A stretch of 64,000 nt of DNA, taken from assembly GCA_002633005.1 (NCBI GenBank), contig NMRA01000058.1, forward strand, positions 163,585-227,584, given 5' to 3'. Source of the DNA: Phoronis australis. Taxonomy: Eukaryota > Animalia > Phoronida. Under the pieces are notes generated by a model that was not told where the DNA came from, made no database searches, and saw only the letters and a list, made by a program, of their open reading frames with translations. Position numbers and translations under genes: made by a program. Below, in pieces: positions 12,850 through 26,207 of this stretch. The stretch's first letter is position 1, and the number at the start of each line of letters is the position of its first letter.

Positions 12850-13180
12850 AAATAATGATTACTACTTTTCAGCGACCTAATTTTCAAGCTCTCTTGGGCT
12901 CATTGTCGGGGCACTGGTAGGGATGTACGGGTTACGTGGTCACCTATAGGTGGTGCCTTGTGACCATCTGACTCCAACTGGCTGTCACGTAAACAGCTGG
13001 TAACTCTTCAGCTATATATCAATGCCTCCTCCCTCGTGACAGCCACCAGGTTGAGTTAGATGACTGCCTGGCACCTCCCACCCGGATATCCCCCCAGTGC
13101 CCCGACGAAGATCCCAAGATAGGCTCAAAAGCTAAGCCCTCGAGTAAAACTAGGCAGATGATGAGTAATAATTATCATTA
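12850..13180. mobile_element. Degenerate palindromic MITE
   Basis: Inverted segments GTCGGGGCACTGG / CCAGTGCCCCGAC and TGGCTGTCACG / CGTGACAGCCA. Confidence 0.55.
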
Positions 13181-14398
13181 TTGCAATACAATGTAATGGC
13201 ACCATCTGTGAACATTCAGTCCCCCATTAATTTTATTTTGTGTATGGAAATAACAAGAAAAAAATTTGTCTTGTCCGTTGTACTGTGTTCTTAATTGCTG
13301 AGATTTTATTGCACTTCTATTGAACCTATGTCATGTAGATCGACACAACTAGGTATCATGTTATTGGACATGAGAAATATTTAACGACATGGACATGAAA
13401 TCCAGACCTTCAAAACCCAAGTGTGGTTATGTAACTTTGGCCGGTGGTCGTGATGACTCAGTGGAGTAGAGCATTTTGCACAGATTGTAGAAGATTAGCT
13501 TCATCCTTGTAATTACCGAGTGACAATGTATACCTTTGTGCAGGTATCTACTAAGTACACCCATGGAGTTATTTGTTTAGGTTATGCAGTACCTTGTTAA
13601 CAACTTTAACTTTAATTACCAAAGTAAAATTAGTAAAACTAAAAGGACGAGCGTCGGTTCTAAAATACATCAAAATATCCCCACGTTCCTAGTGATGCAC
13701 TCTTTGTCAAGGGTGTGCTACTGACTGCTGAGTATATATAGACTTTTTAGCTTTTTACTAATGTGCCATTAGTTGGGTCATGTAATCATGTCGTTTTAAA
13801 GTAAAATTTAGCAAAAAAGGAAAGGAAGATTCAAAACAATGTTTTAATAACGTGATAAAATTTTGTTTCATATAATTCTTCAGGAGTCCAAAAACGCTGT
13901 TACAGTTTTCTTAACTAGTCTTTCTTGATTTATGCTAGTTAAAAATTTTTTGATGAATAACATGAAAACCCTATTTTTATTATCCCTCGTGCATAAGTGT
14001 ACTGTAACGTTTTTGAAACAATTTCTGACAATGTTTTGGAGTACTGTGCATAAGGCGTAGTGTCTGAAAGTTTGCCATGAATCTGATAAATACCTTTCTG
14101 AGAGATGATGTTCCAAAATAGGTCAAATAGATAGGTCATATTTGGACATTTTTTATAGTTTTACATGACCTTATGGGGCAATTGGTAGTATTCATCAATT
14201 CCAGCTTACTTGTCCTTATCTGCTTTTTATCGGTTTTTACAATCGTAGTGTCTATTATTCCATCTCAAAACTTAAAGTGCCTTGTATGAACTCAGATGCA
14301 ATTTATGTCTGTAGCTTAGCCAGAATGCTTTTTATGACCGCTTCATGTGCAGTTTTGCTGCTTGTTCGCTGTAATTCATGTTATGTCTCCTATTGCAG

Positions 14399-14506
14399 GT
14401 CAATGATCGAGTGGCCACCTTGTTTGAAAGTGGAAGTAAATGTAAACAGATCCCTGCACCAGTTGTCTTGCTGAGAAAAAAGTGGTTCTTCTTCCCTAGT
14501 GTTTGA
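14399..14506 (+). CDS. Caspase last coding exon
   Basis: tgcag|VNDRVATLFESGSKCKQIPAPVVLLRKKWFFFPSV* (KQ.P....LRKK.FF caspase C-terminal motif), TGA at 14504-14506. Confidence 0.95.
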   Translation, partial: VNDRVATLFESGSKCKQIPAPVVLLRKKWFFFPSV

Positions 14507-16560
14507 AGTTGCCGAGACGTGTGTTTTGGTTTTACTTAAGAACACCTGCACAGAGTTGACTGACTAAGTAGTCACTGTGGCAATTGTTTGTACCCATTTG
14601 TGTGAGAAATAACTTGTTTACTGGCCATAGTTATTTTGTTTTGAATGTCCTTCCATTTTTAAGTTGGATTCTTTTGTAAGCTGTGGCATTTCTGGCTTCT
14701 GTGGGTTAAAGTTTACAGGGATTTTTGCTACATTTTAGTATTAAAAGCTGAAGTCATTCCAGCCTGAAGGAACTGTAACCCAATGGTATCCATCATGCTT
14801 CATAGTATGGAATGTATATAAAGGCCCTGTCGCATGGAGGTAGTTCTCTCTACATTCTCTACAATTTGATCAAGAGATTAAAAGCAGGCCTTCTTACAAT
14901 TTGAGTGAAAACCCCACTTAAGGGGAGGATGACGTGTGTTAAAAGTGATATAGAGATTCCTTTTCATACATTTTTTTCTGTGTGATGAATCCAGTTAAAA
15001 CTGAGGGGAAACAGAATGGGGTTTCTAAAACATTGAGCATAATGTATCATTTGTGCTCTCCAACATCCTAAAATAAGGCTTGGGTAATGCTATAAACAAA
15101 ATTGCTATTCAATCTGTAAATCGTTGCAGTACTTATTAAATTATCCTATACAGTTGAAGCACTCTTGAATACCAGCCCTGTTTGTTCCACTTGGTCTTCT
15201 ACAGCTTGGTAAAAACGACTTGGACGTCTCAAATTGCTCAACAACAAAGTAACTTTAATAGTGTTTCTGTTCATAGTTGCCTATTTCCATACTTACCTCA
15301 CTGCTTCATTAATGTTAGGACATTACAAGAACTACTTTGATCTGGCAGGGCCTTATTGTGTGCTCCATGTGAAACCTTAATTAAGTAGTTTTATAGAAAT
15401 ATCACTCTAATAACTGTGTGTTCAGATAATGTCGTGTTTATGTTGTGGTAGATGGCTTGTCAGGATGTTTTTCCTGACGAAAATCAAAATCATGCATAGT
15501 TGTGGAAAACTAGTTCTTATTAATGTGTTTATATTTTCAAAACTCAGATTTTAAATCAAAACTGTTTTAACTTGGATTGTTCTGGATGTCTTCTGTATTT
15601 GACTAAATTCTGTCAGTTATGTACGTTTTTCAGATGTTCAGTTTTGTTTCCTTTTTGCCTCCATTATTGTGCTGTATTGCATCATGGGTTTAGAAAATGT
15701 GCAGTGTTAGGCCAAAAGAAAAACAAAGTTGGTTGTGATCTTTACACTGACTCGTTTTGAGGCTTGCAAAAAAAGAAAAAGATGCTCATCGATTTCAGCC
15801 AACATTTCGCTAGTCTCAGGTGAACAAAAAATACAACACCAGACATGATTAAAAAAGCAGATTCCAAAGCCAATTGTTTTTTGTCATTATATGCAGGACT
15901 CAAGTTGGAATCAACCTTAAGCTTAAATCAACAGTTGGTAAAATCAGGTGCTCGTGGTGCACATGTTTTCAGTGGAGTTAGACCATCTCGCTGTGTTTCT
16001 TAGTTCATAGTAACTGTTTCAATGGACGCAAATGCCTCATTATGGTTTAATGTAAGCCATTTCTTTGATTTTTTTTATCTGTCAAAGCTGTTTCCATCTT
16101 ACAAAACTGTTTTTGTTGCAATAATAATTCATATTTTCAATAAACCATTGGTTTTAAAACTAATGTTTTCTGTCCATGAGTTCTCCACATTCTTCCTCAT
16201 ACTCTTCAATATTAAATGTTGTTTTTACAGTTTAGTTTTAAACAATCAATTTCATACAGAAAAACATTTTTAAGGTAACTTGTTTTTCAATTGACTAGCC
16301 TTCTCTTATTAGTCCACATTTGGTCTAGATTATTGAGCCATTCCATACGGTATTGCAATATTTCGATTCCATAGTCAAAGTCTAGGAGACTTACTGGCTT
16401 TGGGAGCTGCTTGTATGAAAGCAATGCTTGAATTTTATGACGAATTTTATGACAAATAATTTGGCTAAAGCTAAAATGGCTAGAAAACGAAATATTATAA
16501 AGACCTGATAACAAATGGAAACAAGACAGTGTTTTTAAAAGGCGGATTGCTTGAACCAAT

Positions 16561-17561
16561 TTTATTATGCGCCCATATATTTATATGTGGACGCATTATG
16601 CCATCATGTCCGTCCGGGGTATGTTGCTGATTTACGTATCTTCATGAGATTTTGCACCTTTTCGTTTCATGGATGGGACGGCATGAGCGAACTTTTGGAT
16701 GGATCTGATTTCTGGTGTGTCCCCTAGTGGCAATTTAGTTTTTAGTTTACCTCTGTATCTTCAAAGGTCCTCAACATATTTTCACAAAATTTGGTATACA
16801 AGCATCTATTAGTGAGATGATATCCTCCCGTTTTCGGATGGATTTGACTTAGTTTGCACCACCTAGTGGCCAGTTTTACTTTTTTCGAGTCTTGTTTTTT
16901 AGCACCCACCTCTCTATCAACCAAACCACTCTAATCATGATTGTGATAATTGGCATGTGTGTTCTTACTTTGAAGAGGCATCTATTGGCGAGATGACGCT
17001 ATCCTCCCATTTTTGGATAGAATCCAGGTATTTTGTGCTACCTAGTGGCTATTTTTGCTGTTTTCGAGCCTGTTTTTTGGCATCTACCCCTCATTCTAAG
17101 GATAGTTTTTAAAATTGGCGAAAATGTTCTCAGTGTGAAGAGGATGGTTGACGAGGACTTTGACTACTGTGATGCCTCCTAGTGGTAGTTTTGTGTTGTT
17201 TTGCTCCCATAGTTGTATCTCCTAAACCCACTGCAGGATCTTTATTAAATTTAATTAGTAAGTGTATTTATATGAAGCTAACAACAGACAATGACTTTCA
17301 GGCGGATCCAATGAACAGTATGCCCCCTAGTGGCAATTTCATTTTATTATGTTTTCCTTTGTTTCTCTGAAGTTCTGTGATAGATTTCTATGAAATTTGG
17401 TGTATAGCTTTATATTAAAGAAGCAATGACGTTTCCATTTTCAGATGGATTGTACTTTTTTGTGCCATCTAGTGGCCATATTTATGACACAAATAGACAA
17501 CCCTAAAAGCGCACCATTTGCGATGTATTTGTGGGCGCATTTAAACGCTCCGCATTGCTCT
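16561..17561 (+). mobile_element. HINE family A copy 2 (intergenic, shorter)
   Basis: Same 5' ATGCGCCC hairpin and 3' GTGGGCGCAT + AACGCTCCGCATTG ends as 5247-7011, with fewer internal repeats. Confidence 0.82.
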
Positions 17562-18605
17562 TGTTAAAGAAGAAAGAATAAAGCAACTATAGACAACTGC
17601 AAGGTGCCAGATTTTGACAAAAAAATGAGGAAAGACATTCAATATGGAGTAGTGACATCACCAAGTCAGTCTGTGAAATTCCATCTAAGGACCAACTAAA
17701 GTGCATAGTTTTAATTCGATAACATGATCTTTTTAAATTAAGAATCCCTAAACTGCATGGGTAGTGCACAAGTAACCCTTTTCTCAACCTGTTAATGATA
17801 TTGAAGCAGTATTTCGCCCATTTAGCTATCAACATTGAATTCTCAACCTAAGTGCTTTGGGGTTTAAAAAGATTACCATGCTCTTCCAATCTTGAATAGG
17901 AACGAACAGCAATTTGGTGTGGAACCCAGCATCAAATTACTTTTTAAAATGTGAAACTTGAGCGATAAGTGAACCATACACATTGAAAACAAATTAAATG
18001 GTGATTTCCTAGTTTAAACTTTCGACCCAATGTAATTTCCCAGAGATGGCAGTATCTCTTGGACTAACTCAGAACCCTGACGTCATATTTCCCGCCCGTA
18101 TTGTTACCAATTGAACTGGCAACTTAAATCGCAAACAAGCATGAATCCACAATTTTAGAGTTGGTAAACTCGAATAAACTAGTGCTTTAAGTAACTGATG
18201 GTTTTGTTGTTAGTAACAGAATCAGAATTTTGTCATGATAAGGATACAAGACGGATTATAGGACCGTAAAATGCGAAATTCGATTTTGGCCAGCAAAACA
18301 GCACACACCTTTAAATTTGAAATAAAGTATATCATCATTACTTATGGGCTGTGGTTTTAATAATCTCAAGATATGTGAAGTTCAATTGGTTGAATATATC
18401 CAGTTTTCTTTATTCTGGTCAGTTATGGAAGTATGATCTCAATGGCGTCTATGGAATGTCAATTCAAGCAACATGGGCCGCTTTCCTCCAAAATATATCG
18501 AGGCGTGTCCCTTTAACAAAAAGAATTATTATTTGTTTTCCGTGATGTTTTAATGCACATTGTATATCCTGTCTAAAAGACCAGAACTAGCTTGTCCATT
18601 GAACA

Positions 18606-18611
18606 TTTATT
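18606..18611 (-). promoter_or_regulatory. Probable enolase polyadenylation signal
   Basis: AATAAA on the minus strand about 335 nt downstream of the enolase stop. Confidence 0.5.
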
Positions 18612-18944
18612 GTCACATCACTTCAATTATGCTTTATGTTAGGAGACTTACAGTTATTTCACAAATTGCATGTGTCTGTACACCTGATGACTGTATTGTT
18701 AAGTTGATAAGTGTACATACACATGTTAAATAAATCACTAACAAAAACAATCTAAATCTGATAACCAAACCTCGAGATCCCCTGCTCCATGCTTTTTGAC
18801 ACACAAAAACCAATTCTCAGCACCATAACACTGGTTAATTTCACATTACAACCTCCAACACTAATTCTGCTTCATACATCAAAATAATTCCAGAGTATTC
18901 TTTAAATATTTCAGAACTAAAATCATTCCATGGGCTGTCAGTGA

Positions 18945-19070
<126 letters not shown>

Positions 19071-21045
19071 CTATAACGGAATTATAATAAAATACTTTAG
19101 CCTTATCCTATAATGATTAAATTAGTTATAAGTCACTGATATTGTGTCGCATGAACACAATACTTTAGTTAATATTCATTATGCAATTCTTACTGTTAGA
19201 TCCTTTCAATTTTCAACACACACAGGGCTATGCAGGTCCATAGCCAGGGGGATTCAAACGAACCACACTCCGAGGAAAAGGCCCAGCCCCAGCCTCTTTG
19301 CTACGACGGTAAGGACATAACTGAACAATAGCAAGAAATGCAACTTCCATCATTATAAACTCAGCATACGTAACCTCACTATAGCCCTTGTGGCTCAAAA
19401 ACATGATGTTTAGCCATGTGGACTCGATTGCTTGTTCACAGCATTCCAGAACAAGTAGGCCTAGGTCTATCAAAAAATCTTTGGTAAATGAAAAGAGCCT
19501 TCCCATGTTGACAGTAAATCAGTGTCACTCGTACACGACCTTGCAAACTTCATACGAGCAACAGACTCTAAGAAAGAGGTGTCCATGCCAGAAATACACA
19601 GAAATGTAATGACACTGTCTTAGACCGACTGTAGTCGCGAAAATCGTTAGGCTCACATGGATGAACACAAACATGAGTTGTGTTAAAAACCTTATTTGTT
19701 TAAACCAACTTAAGGCATAAATCACGACGAAAGTGGAATATACTAAACTCATCGGTAAGGACCTTGAAATACAAATAAGCCAAACTGCCACGTTACATTC
19801 TACAAACCATCTGGTCTGCCAGTCACACATATGCAAAATTCTATTGAAGAATATTGAAGAATTAGTCACAAGGAAAATACACATGGTAGAAGCTGCATGG
19901 CAAACAAACAAACCACCAACAGATGGCGAATAAAGTCATACTGCTAACAGAGTGCATCGGCACTTGCACCCACAGTAAGGTGAAAGTTAAGGTAAAGAAA
20001 GATATACACAATCCAAAGGTGATAAGCGTTTTGTTATAGTGTTCACAAAATTACTGCATTGATAAGAGATTCTGAAAGTTGAGCAGAAGATATAGGCATC
20101 CAGGAATTTTTCTTGCCCTTTGGTGAGTATAGAAATGATGAAAATTTAACAGCATCTGAAAATGAAGAACTTCAAGCATACTTTGCCTTAAATACAAAAT
20201 GAAATTATCTCTCGATAGAAAACACATCATGCAAGTAAAGGAAATATAAGGTGCACTGAAATTTTATTCCGTCATTGCTGACCAGGTTATGATCAACAGA
20301 AAAGAAGTCATGCCCTTGGCCATACAATTTGTCAATGACGGCAACAACAATCGAGACGAGCTGCTAGAAATCTGTTTTTGGAGTCTTGGGCTAACGCATA
20401 GCTGAATGCATTATAGGGATCTTGTACAGGCACAGTATATCAACATTGCCTACTGTAGAGGGAAAGGAGATGATGGTGCGGCAAATATGAGTGATGGCAA
20501 TATTGGCCGTCACGCGAATGCTCTTTTAGCCTTACACACACATTGATGTGGGCAATGCCTAAATCTAGTGATAGCCTGTACGCTCTGGATACAGGAAATG
20601 AGAAATACATTGCCAACAAAGTAAAATCAGTTGTTTACTTTTTTATGAGCACTCCAAAGAGTAAACACTTGCTGACTGACGCACATAAAAACAAAGATCC
20701 TAAATCTTAGGAAAAGCCTGTCATTGATGAGTACCATAGTCTTAGGGTGGCAAGGCATGATACTTACACGTTCATGCGAGCAAGTATGAGTGGAGACAGA
20801 TTGTCATACTGATGCTGATGCATGTACACTACACATTAGAGACAATAATTGACAGAGTCTTGGGAGTATAATACCCAGGAAGATAAAATTTGGAAGCCTA
20901 TTATGCTGATGTGTATCACGTCGTTTCAATGCAGGAAGTACACTGCCTAAATGTAATAATATTTTATACCACAATATTAGCCTCGAATGGCCAATACAAC
21001 CGTGTAATAACCCATTTAGTTATCTCACTAGTGAAATAACATTTT

Positions 21046-21127
21046 GGCGGGAACCGAAGCAGGTTTCGAACCCGAACCGCAAGAGTTTCGGGTCGTCGAC
21101 TATACCACTGCACCACTCAGCGGCTGA
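21046..21127 (-). repeat. tRNA-derived (SINE-head-like) sequence
   Basis: Minus strand A-box TGGTGCAGTGG and B-box GGTTCGAAACC; no proper cloverleaf. Confidence 0.55.
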
Positions 21128-21399
21128 CATCATCAAACATGAAAATAGAATCGCATGTTCAACAAAGGGCATTGTATTGACATTTATACGCTATGAAAAA
21201 TAAAACGCATGTTTTCTCACTTGTAATCACCGATCTCCAATTTGAATGCGGGTATAGTGTCGTCGGGATCCTTTGACTTGAGCATTATACTCAGTTACCA
21301 GTGGTAACCTATTTTAGCAGACGATATTTTCACGATCGAATATTAGCGTGATAAAATGTGTAGTAAGCTATAATAGTTGCTAAACCTTAATTTATATAT

Positions 21400-21586
21400 C
21401 AGGGCTTGGAATGACCAATGACAAAAAACGCGGAAACTTTGAAACTTCTACGGCCCAAATCATGCGCGATAACCAGCCTTGAAATGGTCAATGTGAACCT
21501 TTCCCCGACAAAAATCGGAAAAAAAAGCGGAAAGCACATTAGAAAAAAGCGGAAATCCGTGTTTCCGTGGAAAATTCCAGGCCCTG
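21400..21586 (+). mobile_element. hAT-type MITE with 6-bp TSD
   Basis: CAGGGCTTGGAAT...ATTCCAGGCCCTG flanked by ATATAT/ATATAT; same ends as 30972-32540. Confidence 0.75.
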
Positions 21587-22431
21587 ATATATCCATTTTA
21601 TTTCTATTTTGTTTAAATTTTCAACTGGTTTTGAGTAAAAGCATTACTTGACAAAAATAGCTCAGCTTTTCTTAAAAGGTCACGACTTCCGACCCCGGGC
21701 ATCTCACATAGAAAGTAGTTACAAAGCCGAGGCGAGTTGAGAAAAGTAAATCGATTCATTGCAATATTTCTCATTCAGTATGTGGTATAAATAGATTATT
21801 ACATGTTCTCAGTTGTTATCCCCCTTGTCTAGAGCCCTCGTGGATAATTCTCCAAAATCCACTCAGGCTCTAGAATACGGGGGATAACGACTTCGCCATG
21901 TAATATTCTATATGTATCTTAAATGTTAGGTGCATTGAAAACCTAGTGTGTTGCTCACTGTTTAGCTCCTTAAGGGCACTCTCACAAACGGTACAGAGTT
22001 GATGCTACTTTTTGCAAAAGTAGTTCGTTGTTTTAGAAATTCAAACCACCCCTTGTGTAATCCTGGCTAAAGGTCTGCTATGCTTTCACGTGCTGTGCAT
22101 ACATCATCAAGTGAATGATTCCAATTTCTCATATACCTAATGTCTTATATGGACATCCTCATGCCCTACTGATAGGGAACAGTCATCTTAACTTCCCCTA
22201 CCCCATCATCATCATAAAACCGCTTCTGTCCAGCCTAGTATGATCGAGGACACTTGATATATTGCTTGATAACATTAGTGTGCTTTTCATTTAGTGTTTG
22301 AGGCTTTCGAAGGAACACAAAGCTTAAAACGTTCTCTCAGTACACACTCAATATGGTGTGAAATTAACGACAAACATTGCATAACAAAAACCACTAAAAA
22401 GTGCACTTCAAGCATCTGCCGTTGTGCTCAC

Positions 22432-22540
22432 CTGTCCTGTACACAGCCCAACTACAAGGTCAGCAATGAAGGTGTCTTCTGTCTCTCCACTACGATGGGA
22501 CACCATTACACCCCAGCCACTATTCTGTGACATCTTACAC
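22432..22540 (-). CDS. ENO: Enolase coding exon 9
   Basis: [36 protein letters not shown]; cacag / gtgagc. Confidence 0.97.
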
Positions 22541-22870
22541 CTGTGATAATCCAATAAAGTTACTATAGCAAAACATGTTAGTTACTGAAATCAGTTGAGA
22601 TCAGATTATAATGTGTTGCCTAATATCAGCAGTTAACTGAAGTCAGATATATACTCACTGTTCATTGCATTTTCTACATACATTTATTGGAATCTATTTT
22701 GCCCGGGGTACGCCACAAGCTATGTTGCAGAGTAATTTCATTTGCCCTGGTTAAAATAGAAAATTTAAATTAGGCCATTTATTCTCATAAAACTGATCTC
22801 AGAATATCCTTAACCATAAAGATTCCATTTCTGTTCCATCTTTTAAGCGACTGATCTGTCTTCCCATAAC

Positions 22871-24188
22871 AAGAGCAACGCAGAGCGTTGAAATGCCCCC
22901 ACAAATGCATCGCCAATGGTGTGTTTTTAGGGTTGTTTATTTATATTATTAAAATGGCCACTAGATGGTGCAAAATATGCCGAATCCGTCTGAAAACCAA
23001 AAAAAATGTCAATGTTTCTCTAAAAGAAAGCCATTTACCAACTTTAATTAAAATTCACTGAGGAATTTCAGAGAAAGAGAGGAAAACAAAAAAACAAAAT
23101 TGCCACTAGGGGGCACAGTATTCATCGGATCCGTCTAAAAGTCGTCGTCTTCTCTTGTTAACTTCATACACGCGCTAAATTTAATAAAGATCCTGCAGAG
23201 GGCTTAGAAGATACAAGTATGGGTGCAAAAATACAAAAAAGCCACTAGGAGGCGCCAAAGTAGTCAAAATCATCAGAAAATCATTGGCAATCGTCCCCTT
23301 CATAGAAAGTACATACATGCCAGCTTTCATAATCATCCTTAGAGTGGTTTGGTTGACAGAGGGACAAACGCCACAAAACAGACTCAAAAACAAAAAAAAT
23401 GCCCACTAGGTGGCGCAAAAAACCTTGAATCAATCCGAAGATGAATGGCTAGCATCACCTCACTAATAGATACATGTCTATGTGCCAAATTTTATGGAAA
23501 TCCATTACGTACCTTTGAAGATACAGCGATAAACGTAAAAAACTAAAATTGGCACAAGGGGGCACACCGGTAGACTGATCTGTCAGAAAGTCGTTGCCGT
23601 CTGTTGTCAACTTTATATAAATACATTTGCTAAATTTAATAAAGATCCCATAGAGCGTTTAGGAGATACAGCCCTGGGCGCAAAAACAAACAAAACTGCC
23701 ACTAGGAGGTGCCACAATAGTCGAAGTCAACGAAAAACCATTGTCAACTGTCTTTTTCATAGTAAGACCATACATGCCAATTTTCACAATCATCCTTTGA
23801 GCGGTCTGGTCGTTAGAGGAGCTGACATAAAAAAAATGACTTGAAAATAGTAAAAATGGCCACTACATGGCGCAAAATCCATTGAAGCAATCCGAAAACG
23901 GGAGTATAGCGTCAACTCATTAATAGATGCCTATGTACCAAATTTCATGAAAATCGGTTGAAGACCTTTGAAGCTACAGAGGCAAACGTAAAAATAAAAT
24001 TGTCACTAGGGGGCACAGTGGTATTCGGGTCCGTCCGAAACTCGCCGCCCTCAGTCGTAGACCCCATAGAAACACATCTGCCAAATTTCAATACGATCCT
24101 GCAAGGGGTTTAGGAGATACAGCCGTGGACGCCCAGACAGAGATGACGGCAATATGCGACCACATCTAAATATGTGGCCGCATAAAAA
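22871..24188 (-). mobile_element. HINE family A copy 3 (inverted; enolase intron)
   Basis: Reverse complement of family A ends (GAGCAACGCAGAGCGTTG... / ...TATGTGGCCGCATAAAAA) with about two internal repeats. Confidence 0.82.
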
Positions 24189-24311
24189 TTCCACATCTGA
24201 ACACTGTAAGTCATAATGTAATAGGTGAGTCATTTCAACATAGCTACTTACTTTCCTAAATGAATATACTGTGCAAATTTCAAACCAGCCCTGCATGGTT
24301 TTAACACTTAC

Positions 24312-24428
24312 GCATTAATAGACTCAGTCACAGAGCCAATCTGGTTGACTTTGAGTAACAGACAATTGCAAGCCTTTTTGTCGATGGCAGTTTGTACTCG
24401 CTTAGGGTTGGTGACCGTCAGATCATCT
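24312..24428 (-). CDS. ENO: Enolase coding exon 8
   Basis: [38 protein letters not shown] (enolase signature LLKVNQIGS); tacag / gtaagt. Confidence 0.97.
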
Positions 24429-24658
24429 CTGTAAACAATTCACAATGTTTGCCGGATTAGTCAAACCAATTAAAATGCAAATTTATCCTTGTTAAATGCT
24501 TTGTAATATTAAGATCTGTGTTTAAGTTAACATTCAAAGTACAACAATTACATTGCAATCACTCTGCCTAAAAGTCAAGCCTGTGATATCAGATGAAAAT
24601 GAGAAGTACAAAATATAATTTCAAGGCTGGCTTTTATTGTAAGATGTCACTTGCTCAC

Positions 24659-24798
24659 CCAACAATCTGGATGGTAACCGAACCAGTCAGTGCTGTCCAG
24701 GCTGCCCAGTCGTCCTGATCAAATGGATCCTCGATGGAAACGATGGGATAGTCCTTTATGAAATCTCTGTACAAGTCACCTAATTTATTAGGCTCCAG
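24659..24798 (-). CDS. ENO: Enolase coding exon 7
   Basis: [31 protein letters not shown]...IQIVG; tacag / gtgagc. Confidence 0.97.
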
Positions 24799-25008
24799 CT
24801 GTAACAGACACGGGCAAAGTAATGTTAATGCAGACAATTTGCTTTAAGTCAACATCATCAGAACTAAGGGCTTTGTACAGAGACAATTACTTTTTGTATA
24901 CATGCACATAAACACATACATTATTGTAATTCGCATTTTTACACAACAGGATGATACCTTGCTTTTACCTTGTACACTTATGTAGAAATACTGCAAGAGC
25001 AAAAACTA

Positions 25009-25239
<231 letters not shown>

Positions 25240-25468
25240 TCACAGACACAAAAGATTAAGATTAACATGGGGAATCAATCAACTAAAGACTGAGTGAGAG
25301 ACAACATCTTACTTTGAACATGTCACAGGCTGTAAAAAAAAGAGAATACATCCATCACTCACAATGCAGACCTAGAAAGAAGGAAGAAATAAATGTACTC
25401 ATTAGATTAGAGAATATCAAAACGCCTATTGGTAACTACAGAAAATTTGTCATTTCTTGATACACTAA

Positions 25469-25898
25469 CAAGGTACCTAAATAACATGGTCAACGGACTC
25501 ATAAACACGGGCACGGACGCATGAACACGACTCACGGACCTGTAAACACCGTCCGCTGACTCACAAACACGGGAATGGACTCACAAAACACGATCCACGC
25601 ACCCAAATACACAGGACACGGACTCATATTCACGAGCAAACACGGTTAACGGACCGCCAAACACAGGTCACGGACTCATCGGCTTCCTGGGTCAGCTGAC
25701 ATCTTCATTTTGTCCGTGACCCGTGTTTGGCGGTCCGTTGACTGTGTTTCTTCGTGAATATGAGTCCGTGTCCCGTGTATTTGGGTGAGTGGATCGCGTT
25801 TTGTGAGTACGTTCCCATGTTTGTGAGTCAGTGGACGGTGTTTGCAGGTCTGTGAGTCGTGTTTATGAGTCCGTTGACCGTGTTGTTTAGGTACCTTG
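25469..25898. mobile_element. Fold-back MITE with ~200-bp TIRs built of short subrepeats, 5-bp TSD
   Basis: ACTAA|CAAGGTACCTAAA...TTTAGGTACCTTG|ACTAA; arms made of CACGGACTCA/AAACACG-type units. Confidence 0.85.
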
Positions 25899-25975
25899 AC
25901 TAATGAGCAGAAGGAACGTGATTAACAGCATTGTGAAGTAGTGACTTGGAACCACAACTACATGAGACAACTTAC

Positions 25976-26207
25976 CGTCCTGCCCATACTTCTTCTTAAT
26001 GACACTCTTCAGGTGGTGGTAGACTTCTGAACCCATTCGCATGGCCTCACTGAATGAGCTGGCCCCTGTTGGCAGGATCATGAACTCCTGCATAGCTAGT
26101 TTGTTGCCAGCATGACTGCCACCGTTGATTACATTGAACGCTGGCACAGGGAGGACGACATCCTTATTTCCAGCCAGGTCGGCCAAGTGGCGATAGAGTG
26201 GCACACC
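25976..26207 (-). CDS. ENO: Enolase coding exon 5
   Basis: [14 protein letters not shown]...[28 protein letters not shown]...KKYGQD; tgtag / gtaagt. Confidence 0.98.

Larger units (their letters stand above)
19233..22077 (+). mobile_element. Decayed hAT transposon with transposase remnants, carrying nested insertions (enolase last intron)
   Basis: Termini CAGGTCCATAGCCAGG / CCTGGCTAAAGGTCTG, with CTATG on both flanks. Broken peptides FYSVIAD (~20262), CRG..DGAANMS (~20453) and ALHTH*CGQCLNLV (~20529) match hAT (ZMYM1/P52rIPK-type) transposase motifs. Confidence 0.72.
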
